NCBI GenBank assembly: GCA_964035545.1
Contig: OZ037768.1
Span: 20,195,700 to 20,259,699, forward strand
Direction: 5' to 3'
Length of the DNA stretch: 64,000 nt
From: Bugula neritina
Lineage: Eukaryota > Animalia > Bryozoa
Part shown: one piece after another, positions 14,801-27,599 of the stretch
How the letters are laid out: the number at the start of each line of letters is the position of its first letter
Position numbering within the stretch: the stretch's first letter is position 1
The notes under the pieces: model-generated
Told to the model about the DNA's origin: nothing
Databases searched by the model: none
Seen by the model: only the letters and a program-made list of their open reading frames with translations
Program-made: the position numbers and the translations under genes

Positions 14801-17800
14801 TGATTTGTTAACTTTTTAGATGCATTAAGTCTACATACTTGATGAAATTATTATGCAATATTGACCTTACTGTACTATGTCTGCACACAGGTTCATGCCA
14901 GCGAACTAGAAGCTGCTCTTGTCGGGAAAACCTTGTCCCAGGATTCCACAGTTCAAGGTCAGTTAGTCAGCTGTGCAGTGTTAAATATACAGTGACTGTT
15001 GCCAATGTAGGTTTTAGATGCACATAAATACACATGTGTTGGAGCAGTTTAAAAAATTATTAGTAAACTACTTTTATTATCTTTTATTCCAAGTAAAAAT
15101 ATAATTTGGAGTTGTTCTTTCTAAGTATAGGTTGCATGCTGTTGAAAATTTTAATAGCTTCCTGCGCTCTGAACTGAAACTATAACAGGTTATAGGGTTA
15201 TAGTTCATCGCACCTTTTATCACATTTTAGGTCTAATTCTAGCTGTTTGCATTATGTACTAATGCTAATCCGGCTATATTCTAGGTTATGTTAAAAACAA
15301 TGCATTTATCATTAGAAGACAACTCCTTTCTTTTTGTTCAATAAAACAACACAGGCATACTAAAGCATATAGTTAACTGGAAATTTTTAATGTTAAAATA
15401 TGTTGCATAATCATATGTAATGAATAAGTAGCTACTGAAAACAAACAAACAAAAATACTAAAATTTTGCAAACTTTTATTTTGGGAAAAATATTGAATAA
15501 TTCAATTTTAACTATGTATATACTAAACTAGAAGTAATTTCAGCACTGTTAAGTGTGGTGGTTTAGTTATGACAATTTTGTGTGCTGTCACTTTATACCT
15601 TTGTCTTAGAGAAAACAACTCCACATAGCACCAACTTGCATTTGATAACTGTCTATTGAATCTGTATGGAAGTTCATAGGAGGTGCTCTTTTGAGCATTT
15701 TTATTTGAAGTCAATTTGTGTCACTTAATCAACTACATTAAAAGTTTTTTATCCCAATGTTTTTAAATATCTACATAGTTTTATATCAACTTGCACTTGT
15801 ATTGGTACGCTTGCTATGTAGATTGATGTTGTACTTTGCTTTGTACAGAATGTATGACAATATTGGATAAGATAAAGTGTGATGAGAACGTAGGCCAGTC
15901 CTCCGCTGACTACAGGAACTCATTGGTTAAATCTCTTTTCTATAAGGTAATAATATCATTGTTAAATTTATTTAGCATCTCAGAAATTACCATTTTTATG
16001 CAAGTTGTTAACACTAAGTTTACACGTCTACACCTGATCTAACTATCATAGCTGTTGGTGTGTTGAAAATGAAGACATTGAAAAGATTTTTGAACTATTA
16101 AATAAAATGCTACATTAAACCACAACACTATATGAAAACAACTTAACTACTATTCATGAGTATATTCATGTGTTTATTATATGATTTTAAAGCCACTAAG
16201 CAGTAAGTGAATGAAATTATGATAGTAATGATTGATTGGTTTTCCAATATTGGTACCTGTTATTATTTTGATTTTACGTGGTGTTTTATTTGAGATTTGC
16301 ATAAGCCGATGTAGAATTTTTATTAGCATTTATTGAACGTTTATATCACACAGCTTTAACTCCTTTGGGTTTCATTTACAACGAGTATTTGAAGTTGCAG
16401 CCAAAAAGTTAGGGCGCTTTCGGATTCCCTACGCGTAGCCTACTGGGCTCATCGATGAATTTGCTCACTTTCTCTCCGTCGAGTACCCCTCGATGAGCTT
16501 CTTTTTCGATGGGGTACGCGTTGGCTACCGAATGCATCGCATAGGGGTGCACGTAGCACTCATCGAGTAGGGCAACAAGTTTTTAATATGACCCTCGACC
16601 TTACTGGCTGCACAAGTATTGACATTTATTTTCATAGCACGCGCTGGGCGGGAACTACTAATTTTAATAGTATTGTTATTATTATTGAAATTATGATATC
16701 TATAAGATATATGGATAGTAATGATTGATTGGTTTTCCAATATTGGTACCTGTTATTATTTTGATTTTACGTGGTGTTTTATTTGAGATTTGCAGTCGAC
16801 AGCTTTTCTCCATAAGCCGCTGTAGGATTTTTATTAGTATTTATTGAACGTTTATATCACACAGCTTTACTTCCTTTGCGTTTCATTTACAACGAATATT
16901 TGAAGTTGCAGCCAAGAAGTTAATATTTATAGTATGAAAAAAAATATTTGGTCAACTTTATTATTTACACTTAAGAAATTTATTCTTTCCAGATATAACT
17001 TCCAGCATAGTTTGCCAGAAATCTTTCAAAATGTTTGAATGAAAAGATCATTTGACATTTAGTTTTATGCCACGTCCTCAGGCAGTGCTAAGTCTGGTCA
17101 AGTCAGCGTGTGATGCGAGTGTGCAGTCTGGCGGAGAGACACTGACCAGAGTCGACCAGTCAACTGGACAGCAGGACTTCGAGACCAACCCCTCTGAGTA
17201 CCCCGTGTCTCAGCCCATTCCCAAACTGGACTCCCGGAAGCAGACGGCAGGGGAAGCTCAGTTTGTCGGAGATATTCCTGATCACGCCGGCCAACTATTC
17301 GCTGCCTTTGTCAAGTCGACCATTGCTGCCGGGGAAATCCAAAGTATTGACACATCAAAAGCTTTGAGTGAACCCGGAGTTGTGAGGTAAATCATATACA
17401 AGTCTCAATAGAGTGAGGAGTAGCCCAATGTATGAGTATTTAAACACGTAATACTTTTACCAAATGTAGAATCTGTTGTTCATGTTTCAGAGTTTTGACC
17501 TTCAAGGATATTCCTGGAAAGAATGTTTCTATTAAAGAAGAGCCTTTCTTAATAGAGACTACTGTTGAGTATTATGGCCAACCCCTGGCAATCGTATTAG
17601 CTGGTATGTATTGTATTATATACTGTATAATATTAGCTGTTACGTATTGTATTATATACTGTATAGTAATAGCTGGTATATATTGTATTATATACTGTAT
17701 AGTATTAGCTGTTATTATATACTGTATTGTGTTAGCTGGTATGTATTGTATCATATACTGTATAGTATTAGCTGGTATTATATTATATACTGTATAGTAA

Positions 17801-20800
17801 TAGCTGGTATTATATGCTGTATAGTATTAGCTGGTATATATTGTATTACATACTGTATAGTAATAGCTGGTATTATATACTGTATAGTAATAGCTGGTAC
17901 TGTATACTGTATAGTATTAGCTGGTATTATATACTGTATAGTAATAGCTGGTACTGTATACTGTATAGTATTAGCTGGTATTGTGTTATTGCAGAGACTG
18001 AACAGATAGCCTTGTCTGCCAGAGAGCTGGTTACTGTTACATACACCAACGTCAAGACACCAATACTCTCCACTGAACAAGCTGTAAAAGCCAAATCATT
18101 TTTCAAAAGACCACTTGATTTCGGAGGAGACTTGGTGGTTGGGGATGCTGAAGGTAATGCACTGTGACTATTACCAGGTGATGTAGTGTGACTATTACCA
18201 GGTGATGTAGTGTGACAATTACTAGTTGATGTAGTGTAACTATTACCAGGTGATGTAGTGTGACTATTACCAGGTAATGCGCTGTGACTATTACCAAGTG
18301 ATGTACTGTGACTATTACCAGGTGATGTAGTGTGACTATTACCAAGTGATGTGCTGTGACAGAGGACGTCACTATGGATACATGTAGTATACAAATACCT
18401 CACAGCATTATGTCTTACATTTCTTTAGCTGCTCTTACCAATAGTGACGTCGTATTTTCTGGAGTGGTGGAAACTGGTGAACAGTATCCTATGCACATGG
18501 AGACGCAGGTAACTCTGGCCGTGCCTCAGGAAGGGCACTACCTGCTCCTGTCTGCCACTCAAGTCATGGCTGTCATGCAAACTCAAGTGGCTGCTTTACT
18601 TGCCCTTGAAACTAATGAGTAAGTGTGTCAGGTGTCAAACTAATAGTCTATTTATGCAAAATTCAAGTAAATGAGAGTTGTGTTCTTCTTCAAGGGTCAC
18701 ATCAATGTAGTAACATTTCAAATAGTTCAAGATAATACATAAAGTATTTGATGCAACACAAACTTGTTTATGCGGCTGTGTGCATACTCCAACATATCAA
18801 CACCCAAAACCAACAGAGGTAATTTCTCATGCTAACCTTTGACCTTTGCTGGATTAAAACAGCTGAAAATAGATAACATTCTACAAGGTTAAAAGTGCCT
18901 CCTGCATATGCTCGTATAATCTCAAAATATGCTCTTCAACAGTTCCTTGTTCTAACGTAAAACACACTTCAACAGTTCCATTTTCTAATGTAGAACACAC
19001 TTCAACAGTTTCCTGTTTTGATGTAGGGTGGAAGTGAAAGTGAGACGTGCAGGCGGAGGGTTTGGAGCCAAGCAGTCTCGGTCTGTATATGTTGGGGCTG
19101 GGGCTGCTCTCGGTGCTTACTGCACTCAGAGACCTGTGAAGATGTGCCTCACTCTGGAGGACAACATGGAGATTCTAGGAAGGAGACAACCCTTCAGAAT
19201 GGAGTATACCGTAAGATGCTCTCTAGGTGGTCTTTCTCTTGACCTAGGTGGTCTTTCTCTTGACCTAGGTGGTCTTTCTCTTGACCTAGGTGGTCTTTCT
19301 CTAGACCTAAGTGGTCTTTCAGTGGCCTATGGAGAATTAATATAGTTTCATAGACAATATTCTCAAACATTTTAATTTTTAAGAAAACAAATATTTGGGG
19401 TTCAAGATAGAATAAGTTCCTTTCTTACTTATCACATAGAGCAATGGGTTGTATAGCCAGGCACTTCAGTACGGTGACACATTTAAATAAGCTTGTTCCA
19501 AAGTGTTCGATTTGACATTTCTTAAATCTGAATCATTTTCTTCCAAATTTACTTCTTAGAAATTATATATATAGACATGGTAATGGTACAGTAAATAAAA
19601 CGAACAGAACACATTAAATTTATGAAGTTTTAATCAAGAAATTGTTGTAATAAAGGTATACTTTAGTTTATTGATGCTATGTGCTTCACTTCATAAAGAA
19701 AAAATGTTTGTGCTCAGTCATGTGGTACCTTCATATGCAAGTATTGGAAATAGAAAAAAGGCTACTTTTACATTCAATTCTTGACATTACACTGTATTCT
19801 TACTAAAATAATTTTTTGTGCTTCATCTTCTAGGCATTACACATGCATCACACATGTATAATTGCATTCAATTTTAAGAAATTGTAGCCATCAAACAGAC
19901 ATGTAAAGATAGAGCAACTTTTTAGTGTCATTATGCCAGGAGAATCTTGCAAATGTTTTAATAGAATAAAACATCACAAATATGGAAGTACTCAAGTCAA
20001 GCTATCCGAATTCTAAGCTGGTTTTAAAATAAAGTCCTAACTATATGTTGACAGGCTGGAATAAATAAAGACATGAAAATCCAAGCCATTGTTGGATCTA
20101 TCTATGAAGACTGTGGGTTCTATGACACTGATGCTATGACCGATGTGGTAGTTCACTGGTTAGATAACGGTGTGTATAACATAATGCTTCATATGTGTTG
20201 TGATCCGATTATATATTACCTACCTATATTAAATGCATAGGTGTAGCTTCAATAGACTGTAAAAACCTATAAATATGATTTTTATTCAAAGGTAAACAAA
20301 TTTCGAATGAAGTTTTGAGATATGCAATTAATTTAGTTGAGTTACTTTTTAGTAAAATTTTGATAAGCACCTTGCCCTAATGACAAACTTCAATTATAAT
20401 ACGTCGTAATTTTTTGAAAGAGGCGCTTAGGATATTATTTCTGTATTTTGGCCTCATATATTGTTCTGCACTTCTATGATTTTGATTGAAGTTTTTATGA
20501 AGCGTCGTAAGCATCAAATTATGTATACAGATCTAAAGTTGGGGTCAATTGGGCAGCTGAACTCACTGAGAGGAAACTGCACTACTGAAGAGACTATACG
20601 GTATTAATAGTACTGAACCTTGGTCTCAACACCCACTATGTGTTAACTGAATTGTTTTTATTTTAGTCTATCTTATTCCAAACTGGGATGTTAAGGCTTT
20701 CAAGTGCAAGACTAACCAACCTAACCACACTTACATACGAACACCAGGTTTGTAGAATGTTGGTGAATTATTAAAATCGTCTAAAATTATGCTTATACTG

Positions 20801-23800
20801 CATATAGTAAGGCTTCGTGCATTTAGAGTATAGCTTCCCATAGTTCCCCAGTCTAATCTGCCGCAATTTTTTGTTTTGAAACTAATTTCAGACAAACTTA
20901 ATAAATGTTATATAAAACACAACACAACCTCATGAAAATCATGCGACAATACATAATGTTATTTATATCATGGCTCTGTTTGTAGGTATTGTATCAGCAG
21001 TGCACATCATTGAGCAGATTGTGGGCAGCCTCGCAGCTAAACTAGGCGTGTCACATGAGCAGCTGAGAGAAGCTAACTTCTATAAAGATGGTGATAAAAC
21101 CCCTTTCAACCAAGTTGTCTCACCCTGCTATATAACTGACATGTGGAACCAAATGAAGAAATCCGTCAACTTTGATGACCGCAGCAAAGAGATTTCTGCA
21201 TTCAATGCAGTGAGTTAGTCCTCCTTCTGTTGGAATTAGACTCTTATTCTCAAAATCATTAACTTGTCTTATTTATGCCTTCAAAGTTGTTACTGGTATA
21301 TTATTAGGGAGAGTTTGAATTTGAATGTTTAGGCAATTATGTTGTATGATGAATCTACCACATACACACACAAACATAGTACACATATATATTTAATTAT
21401 ATTTTATTAATTTATATTTTAATATTTTTAAATATTACAAAACAATTTATAAGATTTCAATTGGATTCAAAACTGTCTATTGCCATTTATGAATTTACAC
21501 CCTGTAGTTCTCTGCAATGCACAAAAGCCGCATCAATAGCATATTTTTGAAAAAAAGACCTTTGCGGACAAAATTTTCTACAAAGTAACTGATGTGTATA
21601 TGTTTTCAGAGTAACAAGTGGACCAAGAAGGCCATCACACTGACTCCTGTGCGGTATGGTTGCGCATTCTGGCCTGGTACCAGTTTCCTAACTCATGTCT
21701 CTGTAAATTACAGTGATGCTAGTGTGGCCATCGCACATGGTGGTGTGGAGCTCGGGCAAGGAATCAATACCAAGGTAGCTCTCTTTTTATGAATCATACT
21801 TATATTATTTAAAAATTATTTTCTAGCTCTTGATTTGTGTGACCGAGTCTGTAATTTATATTGATACACAAATTTAGAACAGAGTGGATTATCTACTCTA
21901 ATCGATTATAGAAAGCACCAGCTTCAGATTGGTAGTGTTCTTGTGATTCAACAAATCATTGAATGATTTTTTTAAATCTAGATGAGTTTTACATGTTGAA
22001 ACGAAAGTTGCTTGAAGCAGCACTGAGTTGATGATCATTGAAGTTGAAGTTCATAGTATTACTAAATACTATGCTCAGTCACCCCCCAACTCGGTGCTGT
22101 TTCTAACAATATTTTGTTGAAATTTTGTAGGTTGTCCAGGTGGCAGCTCAAGCTTTAGGAGTTTCTATGGACAACATCAAAATACATCCAACTTCCACCT
22201 CTTACAATGCTAACTCTTCTACAACTGGTGGCTCTATAACCAGTGACATGAACTGTGTGGTAAGATGCCCATGAACTGTGTGGTCAGGTGATATAAACTG
22301 TGTGGTCAGGTGATATGAACTCTGTGGTCAAGTGATATGAATTGTGTGGTCAGGTGATATGAACTGTGTGGTCAGATAATATGAACTGTGTAGTCAGGTG
22401 ATATGAACTGTGTGGTCAGGTGATATGAACTGTGTGGTCAGATAATATGAACTGTGTAGTCAGGTGACATGAACTGTGTAGTCAGGTGATACGAACTGTG
22501 TGGTCAGGTGATATAAAATGTGGTGAGATGACATGAAGTGTAGGGGGAAACGTGAGCAGCTTTGATTAGTTCTGGAAAAAAGCCTTTTAATATATTCATT
22601 TGCAAAAATATGTACAACAGTGAACCCCCCCCCTTTCTTGCTACTAAACTACACTTAATTGAATATAACAAAGTAAAGACCTGTTTTACAAGCTAAAGAA
22701 AATGTTATTCATGTGAAAACTGTCAACAAAATGTTCTGACTTTAATTTGTGCTGAGTTTGAGCTGATCCAACATACACATTGACAGACAACTAAGTCAGC
22801 AGTGTTGGTCTCCTGTAGGCGGTAAAGAAGGCGTGTGATATCTTGGTAGCCAGGATGGCTCCGTTCAAGAAAGATGGCAAAGAGTGGAAGGAGATAGTGA
22901 CTGCCTGTGCTAAGGCTCAAGTTGACCTGCATGCCAAGTACTTGTGAGTATCATACATTTAAAATGTAGACCTGGGAAAATTTCTTTTGTTTTATGCTCA
23001 CAAAATTTGTGTTTTGTTAGTAAATTGTAAAAAAATTATATTCTGGTTTAATATAGCCTGCCTACTGCTGAATTGTGATTTGTCATTGTTTAGTGTCATG
23101 AATTGTGATTTGTCATTGTTTAGTGTCATGAATTGTGATTTGTCATTGTTTAGTGTCGTAAATCATATGTTGTTATTTAGTGTTGTGAACAGTGAAATGA
23201 GTCCAGCCACTGGTGGATTTTTCAACTTTGATGTTTTTGGTGCCGCCTGTACAGAAGCAGAGTTGGATGTGCTCACAGGAAATTACATCATTCGCCAAAT
23301 GAACGTTCTGTATGATTGTGGCACCAGGTAGGGTTAACTATGCTGTTTCAATTTAATGAAATTGTTGTTGTGTTTAGAATAAAAATGATGACTGTGTTCG
23401 CCACACAATCTTATTCAGTTTTTAGCTAAGGTTTTCACAATACATGGTAGTTGTGTTCTCTTGTCAGGTACTTGACATGAGTTTTATAACAGACAATACC
23501 TGTAGCATAGGAATCTTTATTCATGAGATGACATAGAATTTTAATTTGAAACCCCACACACCCCTTCCCAATTTTATTAATTTTTTTTCTTGTTTTTTCC
23601 CAACGCTACAGGTGGTTATTTATTTATAGAGACTTTCAATTGTAAGTGGAGTATGTATCTCAGAGACACCGAAGCTTTAACTTATTCAGATTGAATTATT
23701 TTTCTCTCAACTTAGTAATACAATTAACTGGGTAGACTTAGATAAATCATAATTTAAACTTTAAAGGCTTCTTGCCATTTCACATTCTTTTAAAAGAGAC

Positions 23801-26065
23801 AATGTCTTATGTATTTATATACAAACTAGGGCCCATGATATAGGAAAGTAAATGTATATGATATGGAAAAGTAAATATGTCATGTGACAAAATTATGTTA
23901 CATTTGACATATTGCATTTGTAAAAACATTATCTTGGCTGTTACTAGGCAGTATCTAATGATACAAAGTGTTGCTAAATGATAGCAGAAAATTTTTAAGG
24001 CATAAACCAATGTTGATATAAGCAAATCTATAGATTTTTACTTTCATTGTTTTATAAATCTCTAGTAATTTTTCAGCCTGGTGGCTTAAATGGATCTTGT
24101 AAAATTATGCTATGAGCTGAACGATTTATTCCTTCATGTGCTCTATCTTCAAGTTTACAGTTTGGATCTCATCATATTGCTTTCAAAAATCATTTAATAC
24201 TTTATTTTATGCATTTTAATCAGGAAGTTTCAAACTTGATGTATTGCTGAAATACTCAAACATTGGTTCTGTTTTAATTTCATTTAACATTTTGCTGTTG
24301 TAAATATCTGCAACAAACAAATAGTTTGAAGATATAGCGCTGTGTGTGATGTTACAGTATCTCACCAGAGATTGATGTGGGACAGATAGAAGGAGCCGTA
24401 GTCATGGGGATCGGTTTGTTACTTCATGAAGAGGTCAAGTATGACATGACTACAGGCCGTATGCTGACTAACAACACCTGGGTGAGTAAAATCTTAGGAT
24501 TTTATTTACGTTGCACTTTATGTTATTTATTGTTATGTAATGTAAAACATTTTATTCTAAAGCTTGCAACTTTGATTTTGGTTTCCCTTGGTAAATGTAC
24601 AGACTTAACTTTTTTTAGTGAACATATAAAGTGAAGATGCTAGTAACACGCTTTGTAATTTATGTTAGAATGTCAGATATACCCTATATATTGCAGCTAT
24701 AGATGGTAGGCCATGCTGCCACTTGCTTATTTTTCTTGTGATGAAATTATTCATGCTCTATAAGTAGTAGATTAAAGTTACCATGTCTGTTAAAAATATA
24801 TACATTTCATCTCAATATCAATAGTATTACTCGTACTACATTATTGGATTTGTTTCTGGTACTATGCAGCCATATTGCTCAGTGGGCATAATTCTATGTT
24901 ACCAAAATATTTAGAAAGTTGTTAGAAGGTAAAACAGATGAATAGTAATTTAGTTAATCTTTTAGCATTTAGTAAAGGTTTTTGTAGAGTATGAGTTGTA
25001 GTATAAATCACATGATCATCGGTGTGGATTCTTGGCCCCAGATGTTCATTCAATGTGCTTGATTTCAGAAATACCATGTTCCTATGAACAGCGATATTCC
25101 GGAGAATTTCCAAGTTGACCTCCTGCGTGGACATCCCAATAAGGCCGTTCACTATGGAAACAAAAGTGAGTAGATTAATATGTAACATTGACTCCTTTCA
25201 AGCTTTCAGTTGGCTGTGAATTTCTTGGAAAACTTTAACTTATTCACTTAATCTTATTATATTATGCTAAGATGATAATTCTAATTTTATGTTTAAGTGT
25301 CTACTTGTCAAATATTGTGACTGTTGTAAGTTGAAATTAAATCTTGTAGTTCCTTTTGTCTTTATAATTCTCCTTCCTTCCTGTATAATAACATGGGACT
25401 GTTTGATATAACATTCTATGAGTTTTACTTCATTTCCTCACTGTTGAGCTATTTGTGTATCTCTACAGAGTATTTTCCCAGCTTTGGTATCTTTCAGTGT
25501 ATCAAGTTTTCAAGTTCGAATATAAATAATCTGACTACAAATGGCATTAAGTTTGTTTGCGGAAAATAAAATGGACTTTACGAAAAGTAGCGCGGTATAA
25601 TACTCGGTTTGTAATTTAATTTCAGTTACTGCAGAACCACCATTTTTACTTGCCGAGTCGGCTGTGGAGTCTATTTCTCGTTGTGTCTATGACTTTAGAC
25701 GGGAAAATGGTAATACAGACGTCTTCATTGCAGGTTAGTTCAGCTGGAGTAAAATGGGTTACTTTAGGCTAAAGAGTCGATTTAAGTGTTTTTAGTTCTG
25801 AAGTTATTAAACACGCCTACCCAGGTTTTCTTATAATAAAACACAATATAAAACAAAAATTCATTCTTAAAATTGTTAATTTATGCATCAACTATTTGCT
25901 CAAGGTAATACATTAATTTTTGAACTTGGACTGCTGAAATTTCTAGAATATGTGATTCGTGAGACATAGTCTGAGGTTGCAATTTGTTTTCTAGACGCAC
26001 CATTCACTGTAGAGAAGATTCATTTGGCCTGTGCCGTGGATGCTAAGAAGTTTATTATCCAATGA
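7861..26065 (+). CDS. Molybdo-flavoenzyme of the xanthine oxidoreductase family, aldehyde-oxidase-like; 28 coding exons, about 1250 aa
   Basis: Exons (boundaries +/-1): 7861-7906, 8788-8946, 9338-9498, 10036-10162, 10378-10506, 10773-10901, 11382-11531, 12490-12592, 13242-13387, 13965-14069, 14891-14957, 15849-15946, 17082-17386, 17491-17603, 17995-18153, 18429-18618, 19027-19210, 20055-20169, 20667-20747, 20986-21209, 21610-21774, 22131-22259, 22819-22943, 23181-23328, 24358-24481, 25069-25165, 25626-25733, 25995-26065. 2Fe-2S motifs [36 protein letters not shown]; FAD motifs VAGNTG, IRNMGSWAGN; Moco motifs [30 protein letters not shown]. Confidence 0.93.
11750..11830. repeat. (TA)n microsatellite, preceded from about 11580 by a degenerate TATGTAATATA-type repeat
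   Basis: Read directly; lies in intron 7 of the molybdo-flavoenzyme gene. Confidence 0.95.
16212..16922. repeat. About 200-bp direct duplication (16212-16411 and 16686-16922) flanking a GC-rich palindromic insert
   Basis: gatagtaatgattgattggttttccaatattggtacc...gaagttgcagcca occurs twice with a few substitutions and indels. The insert (16412-16685) is rich in tcgatgag/ctcatcga and tacgcgt motifs. Confidence 0.85.
17594..17980. repeat. Minisatellite (36/27-nt units, about 13 copies) spanning the exon 14 splice donor
   Basis: Unit gtattagctg|gtatgtattgtattatatactgtata; the first copy is the real exon end plus donor. Confidence 0.95.
18154..18360. repeat. 24-nt minisatellite (about 8.5 copies) starting at the exon 15 splice donor
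   Basis: Unit gt(a/g)atgtagtgtgactattaccag. Confidence 0.95.
18934..19026. repeat. 33-nt tandem repeat (3 copies) ending at the exon 17 splice acceptor
   Basis: cttcaacagtt begins at 18934, 18967 and 19000; the last copy ends in the functional tgtag acceptor. Confidence 0.85.
19222..19322. repeat. 21-nt minisatellite (about 5 copies) just inside the exon 17 donor
   Basis: Unit ctaggtggtctttctcttgac. Confidence 0.95.
22248..22540. repeat. 22-nt minisatellite (about 13 copies) spanning the exon 22 splice donor
   Basis: Unit atgaactgtgtg|gtcaggtgat; the first copy is the real exon end plus the gtaaga donor. Confidence 0.95.
23069..23190. repeat. 30-nt minisatellite (3-4 copies) spanning the exon 24 splice acceptor
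   Basis: Unit tgaattgtgatttgtcattgtttag|tgtca; the final diverged copy contains the inferred acceptor tttag|tgttgtgaac. Confidence 0.9.
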
Positions 26066-26656
26066 ATATAGATTGGCTATTTTTTTACTGATAATCGTGA
26101 TAAATTTACACATATACCCGCAAAATATTTGTACTCTTTAGATTTTAGAGCATTCATATCAGTATAAAATAACAATGATTTTCTAAGTTGTATTAAGTTT
26201 AAAGAGTCATGTTCTTACATTATCAACTACCTTTAATTACCGGCTCAAAATCAAAATAAAATTATATTACAATGGAAATTATTAGTATAGAATATTTTAA
26301 ATCTGCTTCTAAACAAAAATTTTGTGGTTCTACTGCTTTATTTATTTGTTTATAACCGTTTACATAATAAAGAAAATACTGAGGTAAAAATATCTGCTGA
26401 TATTTCATGTCATTACGAGTGACATAGAACCCGGAATACGTGTCAAAAACACGATGAATTTTGCATATGCTAAAACAGATCTGAACGATCGTGCATTCTC
26501 ACACACCAATATCATGTACGGTAATCAACCGATAAGTTGAACAGATTTAAAATTGCATATGTACACAAAATAATTATATTTTATCAAGTTTGCAAAATGC
26601 TTTTCTGTTTCTGGATTGAATACATATTACTTTTACCAGTAAAAATGTCTATAACC

Positions 26657-26923
<267 letters not shown>

Positions 26924-27398
26924 GTATACGAGAAACATTGTTATTTATTACTTTATTAGGTAAAGTAATTACACTGATATTTCGGGTACCACTGTACCCA
27001 TCTTCAGAGTAGCAATGAATGAAATTCAAAAATTAGTATGTTACGTTAGACGTTATGCATGACACAAAGAATAGAGAGTGGCAGTTACTGTAAATTATTG
27101 AAACTTAGGGAGATAATCTTATTTTATATATTACGCAGGTCAAAAATTATACTGATATATATATGTAGTTTCTATAATTAAAAATGAATCAAAAGAACTC
27201 AATATTTCGAAAAATAGAGTATTTATATTTGGTACTAATACAATTTTGGATATAAAAATAAACTTAGATCTTCATTCTATTGACTACAATATTGTTTCAC
27301 GTAGTGCGAGCTACGATCATCAGGTCGTTGTGTGTACGCTTGAGTGATTTTGTTTTGAAATTAGTATTGTTAGTGTATTACTACGCTGGAATGTTTTA

Positions 27399-27599
27399 AC
27401 TAAATCCAACATCGGTATAATCAGCAAACAACTATTGGATAATATAAACACAAAACTCCTCCAGCATATAAAAGTCAACATATGGGAAAACTCCTACTCA
27501 GTAATAAATTGGTTTGAAAACATCAAGAACAAAAGCAGTAAGTCATTTATTACTTTTGACATATGCAATTTCTACCCATCAATAACCGATGCCCTTTAA
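27399..27599 (+). mobile_element. Fragment of a Penelope-like element reverse transcriptase
   Basis: Met-less frame TKSNIGIISKQLLDNINTKLLQHIKVNIWENSYSVINWFENIKNKSSKSFITFDICNFYPSITDAL*. FDIxxFYPSI is the PLE-type RT motif A. Family assignment is from recall, not a search. Confidence 0.65.

Noticed and set aside
17572-18403. ORFs with [22 protein letters not shown] and HHLVIVT repeats
   Set aside because: Translations of intronic minisatellites in several frames; not independent genes.
22248-22540. Regular repeats as a CRISPR array (also 18154-18360 and 59218-59417)
   Set aside because: Head-to-tail units with no unique spacers, no cas genes, and a eukaryotic intronic context.
7861-26065. Calling the gene XDH
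   Set aside because: The Glu802 and Arg880 equivalents needed for xanthine binding appear substituted, so no symbol was assigned.
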